A DNA stretch of 64,000 nucleotides from Asterias rubens. Lineage: Eukaryota. Below, one piece after another: positions 48,001 to 57,591 of the stretch. Below the pieces are notes generated by a model that was not told the DNA's origin, made no database searches, and saw only the letters and a list, made by a program, of their open reading frames with translations. The translations under genes were made by a program, and so were the position numbers. Location of the stretch: the NCBI RefSeq assembly GCF_902459465.1, contig NC_047068.1, positions 6,882,001-6,946,000 of the forward strand. Reading direction: 5' to 3'. Every line of letters begins with the position of its first letter. Within the stretch, counting starts at the first letter, position 1.

Positions 48001-50815
48001 TCAATGATTTAAGGAACACTTGAACTTGGAGCTAAACTCGTTACTTGTTATTCTTGTTTGATGTAGGTGTTTTTATTTGGCTCAATCCTATACTACGACG
48101 AAGAAGTGGAGAGAAGCGTCCGCTCTTTATGAGAGAGTTCTTCAACACATTGATAGCACAACAAAGGAGTTTAGAAAAGTCAAAGGCAAATCAAAGGTAA
48201 ACATTTGTGTTTCCGGTTTTCTTTTCCTTTTCTCCAGTCGGGAAGATTTAGTCTCATTTTGATTCTGGTCTTGTAAAAACAATTCTAGAAATCTTTTTGA
48301 AATTTCCACATTAATGTGTCAAATCTCATCCAGTTGTTCAATAAATTGTATGTTTGTGGGAAATACTGACATTCATCTTTAAGAATTGGTTTAGGTTCTG
48401 GGCCCAATTTCATAGCGCTTCTAAGCAAACAAATTTGCTTAGCATGAAATTTCTCCATTGATAAAAACAGGATTACCAACCAATTTTCCACGTGATTTTT
48501 AGGATAAACAAACAAACAGCTGAATACCAGTAACAAGCAATATGAAACAACGGGATGATTTTGTTGGCAATCCTGTTTTTATCAAGGATGAAATTTCATG
48601 CTAAGTAAATTTTTGTGCTTTGCAGCTCTATGAAATTTGGCCCTGATTTCTTGAAATGTTTTTTCTCCCTTTCCAGGCTGAGTTGTCGGAGATGAAGGAA
48701 CTTACAAAGACAGTTAATGGACTCAAACACTCCGCCCATGCATTATCTATTCTAGGTGGGTATCTTTATAACTACTTTTTGTTCAAAGTTATTTACCAAT
48801 TATGTGACATACTTGTCAATAGATTTATAAGCTATTTTTTGTATATTCTTTAAAGGTAGTGGACACTATTGGTAATTACTCAAAATAACTATCATCATAA
48901 AACCTTTCTTGATTACGAATATTGGGGAGAGGTTGATGGAATAAAACATTGTGAGAAACAGCTCCCTCTGAAGTGACGTAGTTTTCAAGATTGAAGTATT
49001 TTTCTACGAATTTGATTTTGAGACCTCAAGTTTCGAATTTGAGGTCTTGAAATCAAGCATCAGAAAGCACACAACTATGTGTGACAAGGGTGTTTTTTCT
49101 TTCATTATTATCTCGCCACTATGATTTCCACAGGTTTGTTATTTTATGCATATGGTGAGATACACAAACTGTGAAGACTAGTCTTTGACAATTACCAATA
49201 GTGTCCACTGTCTTTAAAGTAAATATATTCTTTAAAGTAAATATATTAATTGATTCTGTTTATAAATGTATATGAGACATTGTCATGGTGTTACCGCAAC
49301 CCTCTCTTGGTTATACTTCCACTATTCAAAGTTTCATATCCTACTGATTTTGTTGTTACTTTTTATTAACCCTAATCCTGGAAATCCATTGATTTACGGG
49401 TTTTTTTCTCTTTATTTTCTGTACAGTTTTTATATTTTGTCATACAATCTATTCGTCCATCTACATGTACCATGGACTTTTTTGTTTGCTCCGTTTGTTT
49501 TTTTGTCTGTCCAATTGGTAGCTCTGTGTTTGTGTATAAGTATTGTACTTCAAAGGCCAGTCGCTACAAGCCTTGGTTCACTCTTGACCTTGCCTCAATG
49601 TTGTATTATGTCCATTTATTATAACCCGCTCTCTATTCTATAGTAAACTAAATTAATGTAGAAACAAATTATAACTTTGACAGTTGAACTGAATTGAACG
49701 GTATCTAGAATGTGCAAAGATATGGGCAAGTGTGAGGAATGAATGGATTTGAATGGTTTCAAATGGTCAATTAGAAGGAGGGTTAATTTCTTTTATAAAC
49801 GCCTGTGTTTCATTCCTTGCATGGTTCTGCCCTTAAAGGATTTGGGTACTTTTTGTAACACAAAGCACAATGTCCACAGATTTACATTAAACTTGCACCG
49901 TTTGAAGATAATGTTAGTAGAAAGCGTACCTTAAAATATTAGTTGCTGAGGTGCTGTAGTTTTTGAGAAATGAGTAAAACAATGTAATGAAAATACGTTT
50001 TTACTTGCTAAAATAAATTTTTTCGTCTCATGATAATTGAGACAAAAATTATTTTCATGACATTGTTTTACTAATTTCTCACAAACTAAAGCACTCCAGC
50101 AAGTAATATTTTCATGGAAGCTTTCTACTATCATTATCTTCAAACTGTAAGTTTAGTGTAAATCTGTAGACATTACGTGTTTTGTCCTACAAAAGTACAT
50201 AGACCCTTTAACTACAATAGGACCCTAATTGTCGAGTATGTTCTTCTTTATAAGTCATCCACTAGCACAAAGTTCTTGGGGGGATAGATCCGATTCTTAA
50301 GCTGGACCATACCTTTGGAATCAGCTCCCACTAGGAATACATAGCATATCCTGCCCTTATTGATTTCAAACTTGCCCTCAAAACCCATCTCTTCCAGAAC
50401 GGTAGTTTGGCTTCAGATATTGTTTTTTTAGTGATAGTTGTTCATATGCTGAGCGTCATAACTTGACTGACACCGGCGCGTTATAAATGTTCTTTTTATT
50501 ATTATTATCTTTCCATTGGCAGATTCAGAGGACATGACCTCTGGAATGGCCCAGCTAGAGGTCACCTCAGACAAGAGAGCAGTCAGCGAACGTCTGAACA
50601 AATACCAAGACGGACTCGACGTGGCCTCCAGCAAACCCAACCTAGTACCCTTCCCACCAGACTTCCAACCCATCCCCTGCAAGCCGTTGTTCTTTGACAT
50701 CGCGCTGAATCAAGTGGAGTTGCCATCGCTAGACGACAAACTTGAGCAGAAGGCGGCAGCAGCAGGAGGCATCACTGGGTTTATAAAGGGGTGGTGGGGC
50801 GGCGGCAAGAAGTAG
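36020..50815 (+). CDS. SRP68: Signal recognition particle subunit SRP68, 13 exons, 603 aa
   Basis: Exons 36020-36107, 36789-36855, 38784-38897, 39131-39326, 40374-40456, 42949-43132, 43949-44038, 45388-45537, 45881-46123, 46540-46634, 48067-48196, 48677-48755, 50523-50815; total 1812 nt, phases consistent. Motifs [64 protein letters not shown] and PPDFQPIPCKPLFFDIALN. Confidence 0.97.
37421..37570. mobile_element. 150-bp MITE with CTCF-like motifs in its TIRs (second copy 54479-54628)
   Basis: caatgggagactttcggacgctagatggcagcagac ... gtctgctgccaccaagcgtcccaaaagtctcctattg. Confidence 0.8.
37674..37807 (+). ncRNA. Box H/ACA snoRNA candidate, copy 1 (SRP68 intron 2)
   Basis: 134 nt, sense to the host gene: hairpin 1 (tgccc/gggca base, tgaacc/ggtttg upper stem), H box ACATTA, hairpin 2 (ccatgtt/aacat(a)g base, gtcagt/attgac upper stem), ACA three nt from the 3' end. 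Confidence 0.75.
37837..38620 (+). repeat. Degenerate local repeat of about 115 bp (further copy at about 40115-40215)
   Basis: cctcctactgtctgaccattcaatatcatccactgtggttttgaatgata...gcaatatg.tatcatgtggtga at about 37840, 37955, 38055, 38535 and 40130. Confidence 0.75.
39605..39786 (+). ncRNA. Box H/ACA snoRNA candidate, copy 2 (SRP68 intron 4), with a 48-nt duplication of the 3' arm
   Basis: Matches copy 1 through hairpin 1 and the H box. The first 3' arm is mutated (aatgtgg); the duplicated arm carries aacatggga-ACA at 39781-39783. Confidence 0.6.
40513..40888. mobile_element. Kolobok-like MITE, family K3 (other copies 49837-50207 and 62377-62722)
   Basis: TTAA|aggatttgggtactttttgtaacacaaaacacaatgtccacagatttac...; the 49837 copy has TTAA on both sides. 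Confidence 0.85.
41292..41425 (+). ncRNA. Box H/ACA snoRNA candidate, copy 3 (SRP68 intron 5)
   Basis: 134 nt with the same architecture; perfect ccatgtt/aacatgg base; upper stem gtcagt/actgat; ACA at 41420-41422. Confidence 0.78.
41455..41715. mobile_element. Fragments of a second tRNA-like SINE family in both orientations (relatives at about 25150-25300 and 58365-58475)
   Basis: B-box-like gcaggatttgaaccaacgacctc (minus) and agattcaaatcctgct (plus); shared body ggatgccagtcagaagcc / atattgacaaaa. Confidence 0.55.
42598..42890. repeat. 60-bp tandem repeat: 3 adjacent copies (42711-42890) plus one detached copy (42598-42657)
   Basis: gaataactttatactataacaattaaacaatgctgcaataataacggaacaactactcaa, period 60, ending about 60 bp before the SRP68 exon 6 acceptor. 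Confidence 0.92.
43496..43852 (-). mobile_element. tRNA-Leu(CAA)-derived SINE with L2-type tail
   Basis: Minus-strand head with A box tggctgagtgg and B box gggttcaaatcc; body tgtccctgagcaagacactt; tail ...aagcgct...tatataa..(tta)n. Confidence 0.8.
44281..44503. mobile_element. MITE of about 220 bp (second copy 61169-61402)
   Basis: tattgacccatttcacctg(a/g)cgtcatca...gtgcaaggggtcaat; the two copies are highly similar. Confidence 0.8.
44939..45317. mobile_element. Kolobok-like MITE, family K1 (other copies 48854-49213 and about 61694-62038; stub at about 23380)
   Basis: TTAA|aggcagtggacactattggtaatt ... aattaccaatagtgtccagtgtct|TTAA. Confidence 0.88.
47023..47358 (-). mobile_element. tRNA-Leu(CAA)-derived SINE, best-preserved copy (3'-only copy at about 57559-57720)
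   Basis: Reverse complement reads ggggtgtcgtggccgagcggataagagcaccgaattcaagctctggtg...gtgtgggttcgaatcccggtcgtgacac, followed by a non-tRNA body and a (tta)n tail. Confidence 0.85.
47688..47968. mobile_element. PIF/Harbinger-like MITE, family G, CTG target duplication (copies 46667-46858, 48401-48642, about 45625-45851; fragments at about 25640, 33483, 39350, 58490 and 62350)
   Basis: CTG|ggcccaatttcatagcgctgcttaa ... ctaagcagcgctatgaaactgggcc|CTG; CTG/CTG flanks in three copies. Confidence 0.85.
50225..50508 (+). mobile_element. Degenerate L2 3'-end fragment abutting the SRP68 last-exon acceptor
   Basis: Decayed ...AGPYLWNQLPLGI...FKLALKTHLFQ, then gcgtcataac...cggcgcgttataaatg and a (tta)n tail ending 14 nt before the AG at 50521-50522. 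Confidence 0.75.
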
Positions 50816-53800
50816 AAAGGAGGCGGAGCTTAAAGTCGTCATCCTGGAGTATGGTTTTATTCGACTTAGAAACCTTGGGTTTTTTTTGTGGCATGTCAAT
50901 GAAATGACATGGAATGACTTCAAATGAATTTTCCTTTGAATATCTTTGATCAAAAGGACTGTTTCGATACGTTCCCCTTTTTACTTCAAATTAGTCTATA
51001 ACAGTTTGTATCTTTATTGAAGACGACAAAAAAACTTGGGGGTCTTGTTTGGCAAATGCTTCAAAATATTGGCGAGTGCTGTTGTTGATGCAAACCAGCA
51101 CTGCCACCGTAATGCGAAATAAAATTGGTATACAATTTAAATGCTACAGTACAAACCATACATGTATTTGTTTGTTAAAAACCTCTTTGATGGCCGTCTG
51201 TCAGTCAGACAATTTATTTCTTTTTCATGGAGGGTGTTTAGAGTAACTCAACACACAGTTATGTGTTCTATGAGTTATTGAGTTATCACAATCAACGAGT
51301 TGTTGGGTTAGCTCGAGTTATTGAGGTGTTCCCCTTGCTTTGTAAAGAAAAATACTCCAATTCAGATTTAGCTCATGATATCATCAATGAACAGGAGAAA
51401 TCTGGACAGAGATTCATGACGATGTTTATATAGACGATGTGGCCTACATGTATGTTTACATTCAAACCGCCCTCTGTTGAAAAAACACTGTATACGTCAT
51501 GTTTCGCCGGGCAAAAAGACGCGTAGTTATGGTAAGATTGCATACACTTTCTAGCTGGATGCCAAAACACAAAGGTTTTGCTCGGCGGTATGCACGAGGC
51601 ATGTTATGGTTTTCGAGTGATGTCAGAGGTCACATCGTCTATGAACAAACAAAAAAACATATTTGCTCAGCAGAAACATGTTACCGGTCAAGACACAGTG
51701 TTATGTATATTGTTAGTGACTGGTACCCTGCTATTTTTGTGCTTAGGAAAACAAATTGGCTCAGCACCATTTCCTGCTTAACAGGTTTTAACATTGGGCC
51801 CTGGCTTTTAAGTTATATTTTTTTTTTTTGCAAAAGGGACTATATTAAATTAAGTCCTTTGTGGTTCAAGGGCAGATTATCACAAACTCCCTAAAGGGAT
51901 TTTCAATCACTGTAAAAGAAACCGAAATCCATCACCATTCAGTAACCCAACACCCAAACTGTTGGACCCTGATTATGGTAGTATGCCTGATCCCATGTAC
52001 AGCACGATCAATTTACTCTTGGGGTTAGTCCAACACCATTCAGTTACTCAACACCCGAACTATATAATATAGAAAGGTATGCAGTAATACCATGTAATGA
52101 TAATCTCTCAATGAGTTGGGGTGATTCTGAAAAGAACCATTGGTTTCAACTCCACTGATCGTCTTCTTGAGAAAGCTGTTTGAATCTGTTTATGGTGGTG
52201 GTAGGTTTGCCTGATCCCATGTGAAGCATAATCAGTTTACTAGTGCAGTCCAACAGAAAAAAACAAAACATACAGTTGGATTTTGAAGTGGTTAAGGATT
52301 GAGACTGTGGAAGGTGGTTTTAGTTGTTAGATATTGAAATTTAGTTTAAACCTTTTGCTTATTTCTGAAGACCAAAAATACACGCCTCAGTATTATGGTC
52401 TTTGAATACTAGACTATAGTGGGATTGTGTGGTAACACCTTAAAGCCATTGGACCCTTTCGGTACAGAAAAAAAAAAGAGTTCACAGATTTACAAATAAC
52501 TTACAGGGTTTACAGAAGGTAGTGGTGAAAGACTTCTCTTGAAATCTTATTACATGAAATGCTTTACTTTTTGAGAAAACAGTAAAACAACATCAATTCT
52601 CGATAGCGAGAATTACAGATTTATTTTAAACACATGTCATGACACGGTGAAACGCGCGGATACAAGGGTGGGTTTTCCCGTTATTTTCTCCCGACTCCGA
52701 TGACCGATTGAGCCTAAATTTTCACAGGTTTGTTATTTGACATAGAAGTTGTGATACACGAAGTGTGGGCCTTGGACAATACTGTTTACCGAAAGGGTCC
52801 AATGGCTTTAACAGTAGAACGTTTTGAATTTGCGTTGTCTCCTAATAATGGGGATTGTGTTGTCTCCTAATAATAGGGATGGTTTATGAAATGAAAGAGA
52901 CATTATTGAAGAATTCTGGTGTAAAGAGAATATAAAAATTAAGATAATAAAAATCTTTGATGGCACACACATCAAAAAGAATCCTGCTAAGGTGTGTTGT
53001 AAAGGTGACTTGTGTTGTGCTTCTACTCTCTGGAATTAATTAAGAATAATCTTTAGTTTCCTGTGACATTTCAGAAGCTATGCAAGTTGTAACTATTACT
53101 TTCAAATAATTCTAGAATATAATTTATTTGTCATAACAGTTGCGTCCGCTGTTGAACTGTCTGTCGTAGATGACATTTTAGGCCCAATTTTTAATCTCAT
53201 AACAGCTTTGTTTTTAAATTGTATTTATTCTGAGTGAGCATCAAAAGCAGAAGAAAGTTTTAATGATTTTGATTGCTATCTGAAGCTGCCTTTCATTTAA
53301 TTTTAGGGTTTTTTTTCCCCCTTTTCGGGTAAAATTTGTGATTCATGGCATTCTGTGAAAGAGGCATCTGAAAGTAATGTCAGCTAATTGTAGTATAAAT
53401 TGAAATCAAAGAATTGAATTGTTTAAACAAATTCAAGAATATTCTTTATTTGAATGTTTTGATAAGGAAAATGTGACCAAGTTTGACAACAAATTCTTTG
53501 TAAAACTATTTTGATCAAATAGATGAGATATTGGATTCTCATATCATGTGGTCTGTTACCACCATTTTTGTGAAATACAAATTATACGGTACTCAAGTTT
53601 TTGTGAAAATATCGAAAATGGTTTATTAATATTCCTTTCTTCTTATGTCTTAATTATAATCGTAAGATTGTGTAAACTCAAATAAATCAAGTACAAAAGT
53701 CATCTTGTCTCCTTAGAGTATGATTTGCTGAGGTCGGAAATGTCTGAAAATTTAAGTATTTGTTTTTATAGTTTCAATTTTATATTTGTTAAATCACTGG

Positions 53801-53929
53801 GGTAACCACTGCTGATATTTATAGGGTTTGAGCTGCCTCTAGCAAGCTGGTGGTCTAGTGCAGAGTTGTGTTTTGAACGGAGAGAGTTGTGACTGTTATC
53901 AGTCCTGTATGCTTTTTTTGTTGAAAAGG

Positions 53930-54097
53930 CAAGGGCACTAATGCATTTTCTCCTTGATAAAAGGTACCCTATGAGGGAATTGTAAAGTTCTACTGTAGCA
54001 TTTCAAGGGCACCAATGCAATGGCCAGGGGGCATGGTGGCAATGACCAGGGGCATGGAGGCAATCGCCTTTGTTGCCCCCGTGAAGTATCAGGCCTT
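53930..54097. mobile_element. Fragments of a gggcacc-rich, caggcc-ended MITE family (also about 40955-41110, 44098-44270 and 47485-47685)
   Basis: Shared blocks gggcaccatggcaa, tgcccc..tgaagtatcaggcc and tagaaatttacaatttcctcatagggtgcc. Confidence 0.6.
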
Positions 54098-54824
54098 GAC
54101 TTAATAGAGGAACCAGTTTTTTTGGTCACAGGTTTGCTGGACGGCATTTTCATATGTAGCACTATTCAATCTACAGTGTAGTCTGGCACTCTGTAAGTGT
54201 ACATGTATTTCTATTGACCCCAAATTACCTCTGATTGCAATTTGTCACAACTCTGGTCTAATGGTTAGACCCCCCCCCCCCCACCCGAGCAATACTCCTG
54301 TGGACTCTGGCAAAGCACTGAGTACACAGTGCTTATTAACACACATTGATGTATGGGTAACCTGGTAAAAACACTTATAATTTGAAACCATAGAATAGAA
54401 CCCAGAGAATGATGTGACTTGTTATCAGTGCATAATATGTTTTGAGACAATCATGTACATTTGAATGGGCAAAGTGTCCAATTGGAGACTTTCTGGGACG
54501 ATAGAGGGCAGCAGACTTACCGGGTAAATCCATTGTTCTCAGAATTATGCGCATGTTCAGAACTACGTAAACAATGGAAATTTACCCGGTATGTCTGCTG
54601 CCGCCTAGCGTTGGAAAGTCTCCTATTGGTTGATCTGTGCCTTTTTCAAAACCTCGGCTTAGGCTCTGGCTCCGACCTCCTCATCAATTTAAAATTAATT
54701 TTCAGTGTTGATCCTTTCCACTAACAATCAATTTGAAAAAATAGTTTTACAGTCTTTATAAACAATTAGTCTTCAATTTATGTTTAATGTTACAAAAAAA
54801 ACCTGGAACGGAGAGATTACTTTA

Positions 54825-57558
54825 TTAAACAGAAAGTATCTGAGCACCTTTAGATGGAGCGGTCACATAGAATGTTGGCTTACCCAAGTAGTTACCCTGA
54901 GGGGAAAAACAAAAACAAACGGGTGACAATTAGAGCTTTGTAGTTCTGGAAACGTTATCAGTCAAGAACTAGTTCAAGGGAGCGTATACCTTTGTGAATT
55001 ACTCAAAAATTAGTTACCATACAAATTTACTTGGTAAGAACTGCTGCTACTGTATAATATTTTGAGAAATAATTCCCTTCAAAGGAATGCGGTTTTAGAG
55101 AGAGAGATTCAAAAGCATTTCAATCTGAGAAACATTGTTCCAATTGCGGATTTTTCGTCCACTTTTTTAAATATTTTTTTTACAGGTTCTTCATTTATCT
55201 AGAATTTAAATTCAAATGTTGCGAATTATTTGTTGCGAATTTGTGAAGTCAATATTTGTATCGCATTCGTCATGTTCGTAGGAAATATGAACCGTGCTTA
55301 AGCGTGCAAAAACCACACCACCCAAAATGGCCATTACATCAATAAAACTCCTACCTACCTTGATGTATTCCACTGCTCTCCCAACAGCGTCTTTCTTTAG
55401 CAGAGTGACCGTACATCCACCAAACCCACCACCAGTCATCCGTGATCCGTATACACCGTCTACTGCCATGGCTGCCTCCACTAGCTGGTCCAGCTCAGGA
55501 CAGCTCACTTCGTAGTCATCACTAACGGAAGAAATAATGACTAAATATTAGATGGTCGCATAAATGGCAGGTTGCATAAATGGCCTAGCAGTAACAAGAG
55601 CACCAGGCTCAAGCTCTGGTGTTTCTGATCAGCAGAGTGTGGGTTTGACTCCTAGTCGTGACACCTGTGTCCTGATACTTGACCATGATGCATTGTCATT
55701 GGGACATAAACCTTTGTGGTGCCGTTTGTTGTGATTGCACATAAAAGAACCCAGTGCGCTTATTGAAAAGAGAAGGGGTTTGCCCTGGTGTTCCTGGTTT
55801 GATTGGCTGCATATTGCGCCACAGAACCTTGCAAACAATTACATGGTGCTATGTAAAAGGAAAGGTCTCATAATACAAACATATTCCCGCATACCTTGCA
55901 TACTGAATACAAGAATTGTATGATCACAACATGCCTCATATATATAAACGAGGGATATACATTGACGTCACGCTTTAAAAAAGGACCCTCACTGAGGCAA
56001 AAGGAGGCAAATCATTGGATAACAGCTGCTCTTAGTGCGCAAAAATGTGTGTATGACCTCAGCATATACCAGCGTGACACGTTATGCAAGGGTTCTATAC
56101 CATATAGTGCTTTCTAAGTCAGCAGTACACTTTTGTAAACATTATTCTGCTTTGGGGGTTAACCAATTACATGCAATTGTAGTTGGGGTAACTTTCCTCC
56201 TGTTTAACGTTGTATAGAACACATCTACATCTATGATAATTCTAGTCAAAGTCTGTTCAGCAACTGGATGAGGGGAGAAGATAACAAAGAAGTTTCATTT
56301 TTTCCACCATAGGAAAAGAAAAACCCAAATGAGCCGAACAAAGCAAAAGGAAAAACGGCTGACCGTAAAGAGTTGTGGCTTTCAACCATTAGACGACCGA
56401 AGGTGGCATAGTCTTCCTTCTGTAGAGCTTCTGCAGCCTCAGTGGTGCGGCTTATCTCACCAATGACATGCCTCGCTCTGCAGTAAACTTCTCTGTCCAT
56501 GCTACTCTCACTGGCTGAAGAGACAAATTAAAATTGTAAAACAATTGAATATTATTGTTATCAATTTCATGGAAATCATTTCAGAGCAAGTGTCAACTAT
56601 GAAAGAATTTTAATTGAACACAAAATTGGTTCTTGAGCTGCCCTTTAATTATATATTACTTTTACTCATGCAATTCAAAAACAACTATGATTCTAGACCC
56701 AAATTTTTGAAGATCAGCCCAAGGGAGTGAATCGAAACGATGTCTTTGGAATTATTTGTAGTTGGCATATTAGGATTGAAATGGCCTAACGTGCATTATA
56801 ATTGGTTTTATCTTGATGATTTTTGTCAAAATAGTAATCAGAAAATTTAAAACATTGATGCAAATTTTAAAGCTTGCACATGGAGAGGTTCCTACAACTT
56901 TATCCGCAATCAGGGCTGCAATGTTATTCTTTAAACAAAATGTAGGATCATAAATGATGTATTTATAATCAAATTTGTTTCGCACCACATAAATCTTCCA
57001 TCGTTGCATCTCGGAGGCTCTTCTTGCTCAAAGCAGCAGCCGCTTCTTGACATTGTCGTCGTCGCGTCGGGTATTCACTCCCAGTCAACTCGTGTCTGAC
57101 ATTGGAGTTGGTGACCAGCACGACGAGCTGAGGGTCTGCGAGGGGTACCAACTTAGCGTCCATGGATCTGGAAATTTATCAAGTTAGAATTGAATCTCAG
57201 AACATGTATTTTGAGGATTGTGACAGATTGAAGTGGCTTTGGTGTCTCGCATGTATTGGATCATTTTGGGAACCTGTTGGTTTCACGCACATTGCTATAA
57301 TGCATGAGGGAAACAAGCTTGTGCACTTCAGGTCCCAATGTATGAATTTGTGCGAGTCTGGCATACTATAATGCTATGGTTGATACAGCTTTTAAAGATC
57401 AGCCATTTACTGGGGTCACATTCGTAAAGCCAGTATTTTGCTGTGATCTAGCTGTAGCCAAACAAACTAAATTCATACACAGTCTTTTTGTCATCTTATT
57501 GTGAAGAAACACTTAAAAAGCAAAAATTAAAGTTTGATATATGGAGTTAAGGCATCCA

Positions 57559-57591
<33 letters not shown>

